Source: Patescibacteria group bacterium
GTDB taxonomy: Bacteria > Patescibacteriota > Patescibacteriia > UBA2591 > CALHIP01
Direction: 5' to 3'
Assembly (NCBI GenBank): GCA_026417895.1
Contig: JAOACJ010000016.1
Coordinates: 20,015-84,014 of the forward strand
Length of the DNA stretch: 64,000 nucleotides
This document shows positions 49,371 to 58,321 of the stretch, piece after piece. Every line of letters begins with the position of its first letter. Position 1 is the stretch's first letter. The notes beneath the pieces were generated by a model. It was not told the DNA's origin, searched no databases, and saw only the letters and a list, made by a program, of their open reading frames with translations. The position numbers and the translations under genes are program-made.

Positions 49371-50096
49371 ATGATTCAACTCTTTAATTTAATTCTTTAT
49401 CAACCGCTCTTAAATCTTTTGGTTTTTTTCTATAACACCATTGCCTTCCGGGATTTAGGGTTGGCCATTATTTTTTTAACCATTTTTTTAAAAATTATTT
49501 TATATCCCACCTCTCTGGCACAAATTAAAAATCAGAAATTACTTATTGAGCTTCAGCCAAAATTAAATGAAATTAAAAAAAAATTTAGTCATGACAGAAC
49601 AAAGATGGCTCAAGCAACAATAGAACTTTATCGCCACCACAAAATTAATCCCTTTTCCTCCTGTCTATCTTTAATGGTTCAATTGCCAATTTTAATTGCC
49701 GTCTACCAAGTTTTTCGAACCGGTATTTTATCTCAAGAACTTAATCTTTATCCATTTATTCATAATCCCGGACAACTTAATCCAATTGCTTTTGGTTTTA
49801 TTAATTTTGCTGAGAAAAATTTCCCCCTTGCTCTTTTAACCGGTATGGTTCAATTTTGGCAGAGCAAAATGCTTTCAAGAAAAAAACCACCGCCGGAGGT
49901 AAAAAAAGAAAAAGAAGCAAAAGATGAAAGTATGATGGCGATGATGAATAGACAGATGATGGTGATGATGCCTCTTTTTACCGTGATTATTGGTATGACC
50001 TTACCGAGTGGTTTAATTTTCTATTGGTTAATTAATTTAATTTTGACCATTGGCCAACAATTTTTCTTTTTTAAAAAACAAAAAATACTGATCTAA
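49371..50096 (+). CDS. yidC: YidC/Oxa1 membrane protein insertase
   Basis: GLAIIFLT...LQPKLNEIKKK...INPFSSCL..VQLPILIA...LPSGL.FYW; probable ATG 49371. Confidence 0.93.
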   Translation: MIQLFNLILYQPLLNLLVFFYNTIAFRDLGLAIIFLTIFLKIILYPTSLAQIKNQKLLIELQPKLNEIKKKFSHDRTKMAQATIELYRHHKINPFSSCLSLMVQLPILIAVYQVFRTGILSQELNLYPFIHNPGQLNPIAFGFINFAEKNFPLALLTGMVQFWQSKMLSRKKPPPEVKKEKEAKDESMMAMMNRQMMVMMPLFTVIIGMTLPSGLIFYWLINLILTIGQQFFFFKKQKILI

Positions 50097-50105
50097 TCTA
50101 AAAAT

Positions 50106-50498
50106 ATGAACCATCTTGTTTTTTTTAGAGTCTTGATTCTCGAACCCCTCTTTACTCTTTTTTATTTTCCTGTTTGGTGGTATTCTCAGGGCTTCGTGCT
50201 TGTTGTTAATTTTCTTAAAAAAAAGATTCAGATCACATGTCAAAATTTAGCCCTAAAAACTTTATTCTCTTTTCTTTTTAAACCGATGTACGGTGATTAT
50301 TCTCGGGAGGGTCGGTTGATTAGCTTTTTTATGAGACTTATTCACCTTTCTTTTCGTCTTTTTCAGCTGACTTTGTTGATTATCTTTTCTTTAATTTTTA
50401 TAATTTTTTATCTTTTTTTACCTCTCTTTACTGTTTATCAGGTGGTCTGTCATTTTGGCCATTTTTGTTATTATTTTCTTTGGCCGGAAATTATTTAG
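50106..50498 (+). CDS. Small membrane protein preceding the Clp-like ATPase
   Basis: YFPVWWYS...LFKPMYGD...GRLISFFMR; 2-3 TMs; 3 bp from the ATPase start. Confidence 0.7.
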   Translation: MNHLVFFRVLILEPLFTLFYFPVWWYSQGFVLVVNFLKKKIQITCQNLALKTLFSFLFKPMYGDYSREGRLISFFMRLIHLSFRLFQLTLLIIFSLIFIIFYLFLPLFTVYQVVCHFGHFCYYFLWPEII

Positions 50499-50501
50499 TT
50501 T

Positions 50502-53168
50502 ATGATGGACGAATCACTTTTTTACCTTTGTCCCAGTTGCCAAGGCCAAGGCTATCAAGGGAAGAAAAAATGCCAAACTTGTTTTGGCCTTGGTGTTTGG
50601 CAGGTTTATTCAGATAAGAAATTGTTTTTTGACTGGGACCTTTCTTCTTCGGTTTTTATTGCCAAAAAAATAAAAAAGTTTTTTGGTATTTTAATCTATC
50701 TTTTTCTATTTTCCTTTGGCTTGATAGGATTTCTTTCGCTTCTCCAAGCGATTTTTTCTTTTAAAATTCCGTCTAATTTTTTACCTCTCTTTCAAAGAGA
50801 AAAATTCTTTCTCATGAAAATTTTTTGGCTTTCGCTTTTAACCGATCTTTTTTTAGTCTATTCTAAAATTCAAAGAAAACCATCTTTTCTTAGAATCTTT
50901 AAAGAAAAAAAGGAAAAAATTAATGTCGCCCATTATCTTTCAGCTGCTAGTGAAAGAGTCTTAACCGAGGCGATTATTTTGAGTCGAAAACTGTTCCATC
51001 AGCAAATCAATCCTGTTCATCTTTTTATTGGTCTTCTTCAAAGTGAGGTTGGTTTTACTGTTTTAGGCCGCCTTGGTTTAAACTGGACTAAATTAAAAGA
51101 AGCGATAGCAAAAATTTTAAGAGAGATTCCCCCTAATTACGAAAGAAGACCATCTTTATTGAATCCAGAAACTAAAAAAATAATTCTTCAAGCCTCGGTT
51201 TTAACTTTACAAAAAAGAAAGGATTTAATTTCTCCTTTAGCAATAATGCGAGCAATTACCGTCTTTGAAGGACCAATTAAAAAAATACTTGACGAAGATT
51301 TTGAGATTAGACCTCGGGAAATAGAAAATGTCTGTCTTTGGTTTGAAATTTATGAAGAAATTAAAAAGGATTGGCAGAGACTTAGTGAGGGAGCACGAAG
51401 ACGACCAAAGGGGCCAATGAATGTGGCTATGACAGCCGTCGCCACTCCCTTTTTAGATGCTTTTTCTTCCGACCTCACAGCTCTAGCTCGTCTCGGTTAT
51501 TTAGGTCCTTTTATGGATCGAGAAAAAGAAATAGAAGAGATTTTCCGTGTTTTAGAAACAGGTCAAGGTAATTTAGTTTTAGTTGGTCCGCCTGGGGTTG
51601 GCAAAACCGCCATCATTGAAGGTTTGGCTCGAAAAATGATTCAGAATGAAGTGCCAAAAATTCTCCAGGATAAAAGATTAGTTAGTCTTTCTTTAGGTCG
51701 ATTAGTGGCTGGCGCTTCAAGGCCAGGCGAAATTGAGGAAAGAATGCAAATCATTATCCAAGAAATTATAAGAGCGGGTAATATTATCCTTTTTATTAAA
51801 GATATTCATAATTTAATTGGCGTTAAGACAACCGAGGGAGAATTAGATGTTGCAGAAATCTTGGCTGAAGCTTTAGAAAAGAAATATTTTTTACTTTTAG
51901 CTACTTCGACTTTAGGAATCTATGAGCATTGCTTAGAATCGTCGACTTTGGGTCAGGTTTTGACCAAGATTAACATCCAAGAACCGGATAAAAATAGCGC
52001 CATTCTTATTTGTGAGGCAAAAGTCGCTGCCATTGAAGCAAAAAATAAAGTTTTTTTCTCTTATGGTGCTTTAGAGAAAGCCGTTGAATTAGCCGAACGT
52101 TATCTTTATGAAAAATTTTTACCCCAAAAAGCGATTGAACTTCTTGAAGAGGTAGCGGTTTTTGTCAGGCAAAGAAAAGGAGCAAGGGCCATTGTCTTAA
52201 AGGAAGATGTGGCAGAAATTGTCGCTCAAAAAACTGGTATTCCTTCAGAAAAAATTAGTCAAGAAGAAAAAGAAAAATTATTAATTCTAGAAGAAAAAAT
52301 TCATGAGAGAATTGTTAATCAAGAGGAAGCGGTTCATTTAGTCGCTTCAGCCATTCGTCGAGCGAGAACAGAATTAAGAGATCCGAAAAAGCCGATTGTT
52401 AACCTCTTATTTTTAGGACCAACCGGGGTTGGTAAAACCGAATTAGCCAAAACAGTGGCTGAGGTTTACTTCGGTAAAGAAGAAAAAATGATTCGTTTAG
52501 ATATGAGTGAATTTCAGACTAAAGAGTCTTTAGGTCGACTTATTGGCTGCCCAAGTGAACCAAGGGGAGTTTTAACCGAAGCTGTCCGTAGAGCACCCTT
52601 TTCTCTCTTACTTCTTGATGAAATTGAAAAAGCTCACCCTGATATTCTTAACCTTTTTTTACAAGTCATGGACGATGGTCGACTAACTGATTGGCAAGGG
52701 AAAACAATTAATTTTACTAATTTAATGATTATTGGAACCTCAAATGCCGGCACTGAATTTATTCAGGAAGCACTTCTGGCTGGTAAAACAATCGAAGAGA
52801 TTAAAGAAATCTTACTTAAAGAAAAACTTTCACCTTATTTTCGGCCAGAATTTCTAAACCGTTTTGATGCTGTTGTCATTTTTAAGCCATTAGGGAAAAA
52901 AGAACTTTTCGCTATTACTCAACTGATTCTTAAAAAGCTTAGCTCTCAGATTGAAAAAAAAGGTATTACTTTCCAAGCGACAGAAGAAGCAATCAACGAA
53001 TTAGTGGAGAAAGGCTTTGACCCAATTTTCGGTGCCCGTGCTCTAAAACGAACCATTCAAGAAGAAGTTAACAATGCTTTGGCTAATTTTCTTTTGACCG
53101 GCAAAATCTCCCGTGGCGATCTGGTAATTTTAGAAAAAGGTGGTAAAATAAAAATAGAGAGAAAGTAA
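50502..53168 (+). CDS. Membrane-anchored ClpA/B-like double AAA+ ATPase with N-terminal CxxCxGxG zinc finger
   Basis: CPSCQGQG/CQTCFGLG, two TMs, Clp-N repeats, GPPGVGKT, GPTGVGKTE, LLDEIEKAH, FRPEFLNRFD. Confidence 0.88.
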   Translation: MMDESLFYLCPSCQGQGYQGKKKCQTCFGLGVWQVYSDKKLFFDWDLSSSVFIAKKIKKFFGILIYLFLFSFGLIGFLSLLQAIFSFKIPSNFLPLFQREKFFLMKIFWLSLLTDLFLVYSKIQRKPSFLRIFKEKKEKINVAHYLSAASERVLTEAIILSRKLFHQQINPVHLFIGLLQSEVGFTVLGRLGLNWTKLKEAIAKILREIPPNYERRPSLLNPETKKIILQASVLTLQKRKDLISPLAIMRAITVFEGPIKKILDEDFEIRPREIENVCLWFEIYEEIKKDWQRLSEGARRRPKGPMNVAMTAVATPFLDAFSSDLTALARLGYLGPFMDREKEIEEIFRVLETGQGNLVLVGPPGVGKTAIIEGLARKMIQNEVPKILQDKRLVSLSLGRLVAGASRPGEIEERMQIIIQEIIRAGNIILFIKDIHNLIGVKTTEGELDVAEILAEALEKKYFLLLATSTLGIYEHCLESSTLGQVLTKINIQEPDKNSAILICEAKVAAIEAKNKVFFSYGALEKAVELAERYLYEKFLPQKAIELLEEVAVFVRQRKGARAIVLKEDVAEIVAQKTGIPSEKISQEEKEKLLILEEKIHERIVNQEEAVHLVASAIRRARTELRDPKKPIVNLLFLGPTGVGKTELAKTVAEVYFGKEEKMIRLDMSEFQTKESLGRLIGCPSEPRGVLTEAVRRAPFSLLLLDEIEKAHPDILNLFLQVMDDGRLTDWQGKTINFTNLMIIGTSNAGTEFIQEALLAGKTIEEIKEILLKEKLSPYFRPEFLNRFDAVVIFKPLGKKELFAITQLILKKLSSQIEKKGITFQATEEAINELVEKGFDPIFGARALKRTIQEEVNNALANFLLTGKISRGDLVILEKGGKIKIERK

Positions 53169-53174
53169 AAATTT

Positions 53175-54047
53175 ATGAAAACAGTCAAAAAAGTAGTTAT
53201 TTTAGCCGCTGGCCTCGGCACAAGATTTTTGCCTATTACTAAATCTTATCCCAAAGAAATGTTACCCTTGATTGATAAGCCGATACTTCAATATTTGGTT
53301 GAAGAGGTTGTTGATTCTTGTCTTAAAGATATTGTTTTGGTTCTTTCCCCAGAGAAAAGAAATATTAGAAACTATTTTCAAAAAAATAGAAAGCTAGAAT
53401 ACTTTTTAAAAAAAAGAAGACAAAAAAATTTTTTATTAAAGGAGGTGGAAAAAACCAATCGTTTGGTCAATTTGCGTTATTGCTATCAGAAAAAGCCTTT
53501 AGGTATTGGTCAGGCACTTCTTTGTGCCGAAAAAGAGATTAAAAATGAACCGTTTGCCTTATTCTTTGCTGACGATGTTATTGCCAGCAAAACACCTTGT
53601 TTAAAACAAATGTTGAAAATTTATCAAAAATACCAAGCCACCATTCTCGCTGTTGCACAGGTTCCTTGGAAAGAAGTTTGTCATTACGGCATTGTGAAAA
53701 TAAAGAAATTTCAGAAAAGAGTTTCTCAGGTTTTAGATTTGGTTGAAAAGCCAACGTTAAAAGAAGCTCCTTCCAACCTTGCCATTGTTGGCCGTTATAT
53801 TTTAGAACCAGAAATTTTAAAAATTTTAAAAGATATGAAACAACCAAAAGAAGACGAAGAGCTTTATTTAACTGATGCTCTCAAAATTTTATTAAAGAAA
53901 AAACCAGTTTATGCTTATAAATATGAAGGTCAATGGCTTTCTTGTGGCCATAAATTCGATTGGTTAAAAGCTAACATTGAGTTAGGTTTAAAACATCCAG
54001 AAACAAAAGTTGACTTAAGGAAATACCTTCGAAGTCAAAATAATTAA
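53175..54047 (+). CDS. galU: UTP--glucose-1-phosphate uridylyltransferase
   Basis: LAAGLGTRFLP.TK..PKEMLP, VEKP, GRYIL, E.YLTDA. Confidence 0.9.
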   Translation: MKTVKKVVILAAGLGTRFLPITKSYPKEMLPLIDKPILQYLVEEVVDSCLKDIVLVLSPEKRNIRNYFQKNRKLEYFLKKRRQKNFLLKEVEKTNRLVNLRYCYQKKPLGIGQALLCAEKEIKNEPFALFFADDVIASKTPCLKQMLKIYQKYQATILAVAQVPWKEVCHYGIVKIKKFQKRVSQVLDLVEKPTLKEAPSNLAIVGRYILEPEILKILKDMKQPKEDEELYLTDALKILLKKKPVYAYKYEGQWLSCGHKFDWLKANIELGLKHPETKVDLRKYLRSQNN

Positions 54048-54063
54048 CTTGGTTTTAAATTTT

Positions 54064-55434
54064 ATGAAAATAGTTCGTATTCTAATTCTTGTTTTCATTA
54101 TTTTCTCTTTTCTTTTTGGTTGGGAATTAGGAGCTCAAATACCCGGTCAACCTCAACCTAGAAAGCCAATCTTGCCACCCGTTAATCTTTCTTGGTGGGT
54201 GGTCTGGGAACAACCGAGTGATTTTACTGACTTAATTAATACTTTCCGCACTCTCTATCCCTATGTTAATATTGAAGTCAAAAAATTTCGTTACGAAGAA
54301 TATCGTGAGGCTTTAATTGAGGCTTGGGCCCGGGACGTCGGACCAGATATTTTTTCTCTCCCCAATACCTGGCTTAGAGAATATCAGGAGTGGATTGTTC
54401 CGATGCCAGCCAAAGTTGCTTTAAAAAAAGAAATTCAAAGTGGTCCTTCTTGTGCTCGAAAAACAAAAATCATTACCGAAGAAAAACCCTTACTTACTCT
54501 TAAAGATTTAAAAGAAAAATTTGTGGGTCAGGTAGAAAAAGATGTTTTAATTCAGGGTCGAATTGCTGGTCTACCTCTTTCTTTTGATACCCTAGTTCTT
54601 TATTACAATCGTGATCTTTTAGATGCAGCTGGTATTCCTGAACCCCCAAAAACCTGGGAAGAGTTTATGGAGGCAGTGATTAAGACAACGTTGATAGATA
54701 AACAAAAAAATATTTTTCAAGCGGGTGCAGCTTTAGGGACAGCCAATAATATCGAAAGAGCAGTTGACCTTCTTTCTCTTTTGATGATGCAAAGTGGCAT
54801 CAATATGACCAATCCTCAGGGTTTGGTTACCTTTAATCAAGCCTGGCCAGACGATCCATCTTATTTTCCAGCCGAAGAAGCTTTGAGATTTTACACTGAT
54901 TTTGCTGATAAAAATAAAGAAGTTTATACTTGGCATAAAGAGATGCCCTCGAATTTAGAAATGTTTATCCAAGGGAAATTGGTTTTCTTTTTTGGTTATG
55001 CCTATCACTTACCTTTAATTAAAGCACAGGCCCCGAACCTGAATTTTGGCTTAACCAAAATGCCCCAGAGAAGTGGAACGCTTAAAGAAATAAACTTTGC
55101 TCATTATCCAGTTCAAGTCGTCTCCCGAAAAAGCAAAAATATAGAAATGGCATGGTTTTTTCTGAATTGGGCAAGCCAGAACCCAACTCCTTATTTAAAT
55201 CGCGCCAAAAAGCCAACCGCCCTACGAAGTTTGATTGCCATCCAATTGCAGGATCCAGATTTAGAAGTTTTTGCTTCACAGGCTTTAACAGCTTCCTCTT
55301 GGTATCAAGGGAAAAACCCACTTTTGGTGGAAGAAGCTTTTAAGGAAATGATTGATGATATCAACGAAGGCAGAAAGTCTTATCTAGAGGCAATCAATTT
55401 CGCTGTCCAAAAAATTAATCAACAAATAAAATGA
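54064..55434 (+). CDS. Extracellular solute-binding protein (sugar-binding family 1), no ABC permease nearby
   Basis: GPDIF, LPLSFDTLVLYYNRDLL, PPKTWEEF, F.QGK; probable ATG 54064. Confidence 0.85.
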   Translation: MKIVRILILVFIIFSFLFGWELGAQIPGQPQPRKPILPPVNLSWWVVWEQPSDFTDLINTFRTLYPYVNIEVKKFRYEEYREALIEAWARDVGPDIFSLPNTWLREYQEWIVPMPAKVALKKEIQSGPSCARKTKIITEEKPLLTLKDLKEKFVGQVEKDVLIQGRIAGLPLSFDTLVLYYNRDLLDAAGIPEPPKTWEEFMEAVIKTTLIDKQKNIFQAGAALGTANNIERAVDLLSLLMMQSGINMTNPQGLVTFNQAWPDDPSYFPAEEALRFYTDFADKNKEVYTWHKEMPSNLEMFIQGKLVFFFGYAYHLPLIKAQAPNLNFGLTKMPQRSGTLKEINFAHYPVQVVSRKSKNIEMAWFFLNWASQNPTPYLNRAKKPTALRSLIAIQLQDPDLEVFASQALTASSWYQGKNPLLVEEAFKEMIDDINEGRKSYLEAINFAVQKINQQIK

Positions 55435-56297
55435 AATTTTTTAATTTTCACATTCACCAAAATAGCCAAAGTTTCATTTTCAAAATCTTTTTTCTCTTTT
55501 CTCTTCTTTCTCTTTTCCTGTCTATTTTTTCGCCGGTTTTGGCAGAAAACACCACCTCCTCAACTTCAATGGTCACTGTTTATACGTGTGATACAAGCGG
55601 TTGTCGTCCTGGAGGATTGATGAAGGCCGTCTCTCTAAAATGTGCTTGTTGTGGCGATTGTGATTTAAACGATATTCTTAAAATCGTTGTGGGAATCTCT
55701 CGTCTGATTCTTCGTTGGGTTGGTGTTTTGGCTCTTATCTTTTTTATTATTGGTGGTATAATCTGGTTGACCTCCAGTGGTAATCCAGAACAGGTAAAAA
55801 GAGGGAAACAAATCTTGGTTGGTACTCTTATCGGTCTTTGTATTGTTTTTTTTGCCTGGCAAATTGTTAATATCATTATTTGCGGACTCTCTCAAGGTAA
55901 ACTTGAAGAATCTTGCACCCTCTTTAATCGGAAATGGTATGTCTTTCCGGGCGAAAAAGAAAAAAAATGTCAGATGGAAGAAAGACCAAATGCAGCTTGT
56001 TTTACCAACTGGCCTGAATGTCCATCTTTTGCGGCGATGGGTCCCAATCCCATTTGGAATTCAGATTGTAAGAAAGAGGAGGTAAAGACCATCCAGCAAA
56101 AATTAGCTCAACTTTGTTGTTACGGTACAGGTGTAGCAACTATTGATGGTTGTTTTGGCCCGGAAACAAGAAATGCAGTCAAATTATTCTGTCAAAAGAA
56201 TAGTGGTTGTGGGACTGGTAATGATCAAGGTTATGTTGATCAAACGACCTATAATTTAATTACCACCGGCACTGACCTTCAACTATGTCAAGAATAA
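55431..56297 (+). CDS. VirB2-type pilin fused to a Cys-rich peptidoglycan-binding domain
   Basis: GGIIWLTSSGNPEQVKRGKQILVGTLIGL; C-terminal V..IQQKL...IDGCFGPETRNAVKLF...GYVDQTT (PG_binding_1 pattern). Confidence 0.75.
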   Translation: MKFFNFHIHQNSQSFIFKIFFLFSLLSLFLSIFSPVLAENTTSSTSMVTVYTCDTSGCRPGGLMKAVSLKCACCGDCDLNDILKIVVGISRLILRWVGVLALIFFIIGGIIWLTSSGNPEQVKRGKQILVGTLIGLCIVFFAWQIVNIIICGLSQGKLEESCTLFNRKWYVFPGEKEKKCQMEERPNAACFTNWPECPSFAAMGPNPIWNSDCKKEEVKTIQQKLAQLCCYGTGVATIDGCFGPETRNAVKLFCQKNSGCGTGNDQGYVDQTTYNLITTGTDLQLCQE

Positions 56298-56301
56298 ATA
56301 T

Positions 56302-56658
56302 ATGTCATTCTTTTATAAAAATTTTCTTCTTCTTGCTACTTTCTACTTTCTATTTTCTAGTTTTATTTTGCCGGTTTTAGCTGAAGAAACAACCGAACTC
56401 CCTAATCCCCTTGGCACCGGCATGACCACGGAAAAAATTGTTGCCAATGTCATTAAACTGATTTTAGGTTTAGTTGGTGTGTTGGCTTTGATTATGTTTA
56501 TTTACGGTGGTATTACTTGGATGACTTCGGGTGGCAATGTTGAAGCGGTTAAAAGAGGAAAAAATACTTTAGTTTGGGCGGTTTTAGGTTTAGCTGTTGT
56601 TTTCTTTGCCTACAGTTTGGTCAATTTTATTTTAACCAAAGTGCTTGGCGTAAGGTAA
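56302..56658 (+). CDS. TrbC/VirB2-type pilin
   Basis: Signal peptide, LPNPLG, YGGITWMTSGGNVEAVKRGKNTLVWAVLGL. Confidence 0.85.
   Translation: MSFFYKNFLLLATFYFLFSSFILPVLAEETTELPNPLGTGMTTEKIVANVIKLILGLVGVLALIMFIYGGITWMTSGGNVEAVKRGKNTLVWAVLGLAVVFFAYSLVNFILTKVLGVR
56336..56363 (+). repeat. Tandem heptamer array x4 inside pilin signal peptide
   Basis: CTACTTT CTACTTT CTATTTT CTAGTTT; 24 bp identical to the array at 859-893. Confidence 0.85.
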
Positions 56659-56676
56659 AAACTTTTTAAAATAGAC

Positions 56677-56720
56677 TGTGGATAAATCTTTCTTGACTTT
56701 TTCGTTTTTGGAAGTAAAAT
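56677..56720 (+). promoter_or_regulatory. Internal pilin promoter with adjacent perfect DnaA box
   Basis: TGTGGATAA (56677-56685)-7nt-TTGACT-16nt-TAAAAT. Confidence 0.65.
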
Positions 56721-56753
56721 AAAACCATCACCATTCTTTTAAAGGTCGTCATT

Positions 56754-56780
56754 AACTAGACACAAACCTTGTGTTTAGTT
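56754..56780 (+). promoter_or_regulatory. 5'-leader hairpin of the putative major pilin
   Basis: AACTAGACACAA-ACC-TTGTGTTTAGTT (12-bp stem, one G-U), followed by GGAGG. Confidence 0.55.
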
Positions 56781-56806
56781 CGGAGGGAAAATAAAATTGG
56801 AAAAAT

Positions 56807-57172
56807 ATGAGAAAAATTCTTTTCACTTTATCAACCTTAACTTTACTGGCTTTACCGGGCGTCACCTTTGCTCAAGTCAATGAATGGTTGAATAACATGG
56901 CTTTACAGAACATTCTGCCGACCAATGTTGATCTACCAGGTCTTGTTTTCAGCATTATTCGCTACATTCTTGGTTTCTTAGGGGTGGTGGCCGTTGTTGT
57001 CATTATTATTGGTGGTTTTATGTGGATGACAGCGGCTGGTAATGAAGAAAAGGTGGCTAAAGCCAAAAAGGTTTTAGTTCAAGGTTTGATTGGTTTAGTC
57101 ATTGTTATGTTAGCCTTTGCCATCGCCACCTTTGTCATGAGTATGATTCGAACCAGCACAGCTGGGGCCTAA
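56807..57172 (+). CDS. TrbC/VirB2-type pilin (candidate major pilin)
   Basis: Signal peptide ending TFA-Q; GGFMWMTAAGNEEKVAKAKKVLVQGLIGL; own promoter. Confidence 0.87.
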   Translation: MRKILFTLSTLTLLALPGVTFAQVNEWLNNMALQNILPTNVDLPGLVFSIIRYILGFLGVVAVVVIIIGGFMWMTAAGNEEKVAKAKKVLVQGLIGLVIVMLAFAIATFVMSMIRTSTAGA

Positions 57173-57216
57173 TCTAATTTTTTTAGGGAAGAGAAATTAT
57201 TTTTTAAATTTCTTTT

Positions 57217-57612
57217 ATGAAAAAAGGAAATTTCTTTTGCCCTTCCTTTATTTTTCTTTTTCTCTTATTTCTTTTCCTTTCATTTCAATTTTCTCTTGCC
57301 CAAGTTGACCCTCAAGTTTTGGAGGGTGAAAATTATTTAGATGAATTAGGCCAAGGAACAGATGTTTTAGAAAAAAGAGATTTAATTCTCCTTATTTTCT
57401 CGATTGTGCGCTATCTACTTGGTCTGATTGGTGTCGCGGCTGTCATAGTTATTATTTCGGCTGGTTATTCTTGGATGACAGCGGCTGGTAACGAGGAAAA
57501 AGTGAAAAAAGCCAAAGCTGTTTTACAAAATGGTATCATTGGTTTGGTCGTTATTATGATTGCCTATGCCTTGACGATTTTTGTTTTTAAACTCATTCGC
57601 GGCGAATTATAA
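57217..57612 (+). CDS. TrbC/VirB2-type pilin
   Basis: AGYSWMTAAGNEEKVKKAKAVLQNGIIGL. Confidence 0.87.
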   Translation: MKKGNFFCPSFIFLFLLFLFLSFQFSLAQVDPQVLEGENYLDELGQGTDVLEKRDLILLIFSIVRYLLGLIGVAAVIVIISAGYSWMTAAGNEEKVKKAKAVLQNGIIGLVVIMIAYALTIFVFKLIRGEL

Positions 57613-57616
57613 TTTT

Positions 57617-58063
57617 ATGAAAATAAAGAAACAAAAAAAAGAGAGAATGTTTAAAAAAATTTTTTGCTGGTTAATTTTTTTATTTTTACTTTTTTCAGCT
57701 ATCAAACCAGCTTTAAGTCAAGTCAGACCCGAAACTTTAAATCTTTTAGAGAATGTAGCTGGTCAGGCTGGTTATAAAGCGCCCCAAGATCCAGTCAGAA
57801 TAGTTATTCGAGTCATTAATTTTCTTCTTAATTTAGTCGGTGTCTTTTTTATTTTAATGATTATTTACGGCGGTTTAATGTGGATGACCGGTGGAGCAAC
57901 TGATTTTTTGTGGTTGGGCGGTGCAGGGCAAGAAGAAAAGATAAAAAAGGCCAGAACACTTATTCGAGATGCCATTATTGGCCTAGCCATTATTATTTTA
58001 TCTAAGGTTATTTATTATTTTATTGTAGAAAGATTTAAAGAGGCGGGAGAAGAAGTGGAATGA
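57617..58063 (+). CDS. TrbC/VirB2-type pilin with loop insertion
   Basis: YGGLMWMTGGATDFLWLGGAGQEEKIKKARTLIRDAIIGL; start 57617 or 57647. Confidence 0.83.
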   Translation: MKIKKQKKERMFKKIFCWLIFLFLLFSAIKPALSQVRPETLNLLENVAGQAGYKAPQDPVRIVIRVINFLLNLVGVFFILMIIYGGLMWMTGGATDFLWLGGAGQEEKIKKARTLIRDAIIGLAIIILSKVIYYFIVERFKEAGEEVE

Positions 58064-58207
58064 GAATTGATAAAGTTTTATTTGACTAAATAATATTAAC
58101 AAAGACAGAGACGAGAGGGATATAAAATCCGGGTTGTTGTGAGATTGTTGGCTGAGTCGGTTGTGGTTCTGTTTGGTGTTGAGATTCTTCGATTTTTTAC
58201 CTTTCAT
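57998..58207 (-). CDS. Small hypothetical protein (69 aa) with its own promoter and strong SD
   Basis: AGGAGGT at 58212-58218; consensus promoter at 58322-58350; overlaps the pilin 3' end in antisense. Confidence 0.45.
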   Translation of the reverse strand: MKGKKSKNLNTKQNHNRLSQQSHNNPDFISLSSLSLLILFSQIKLYQFSFHFFSRLFKSFYNKIINNLR

Positions 58208-58321
58208 TTCTACCTCCTGGACATTTTAGAAAAACGTCCATTAAGTTTCTGGCTACCGGAGGGATTTGTACCTTCCAAAAAACTGCCCTATTAGGTAGCT
58301 AATTTTTATTTTTCTATTAAA

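Noticed and set aside
55431..58063. Type IV (PilA-like) pilins
   Set aside because: No class III G|FTLxE prepilin motif; they have Sec-type signal peptides and the two-TM VirB2/TrbC pattern.
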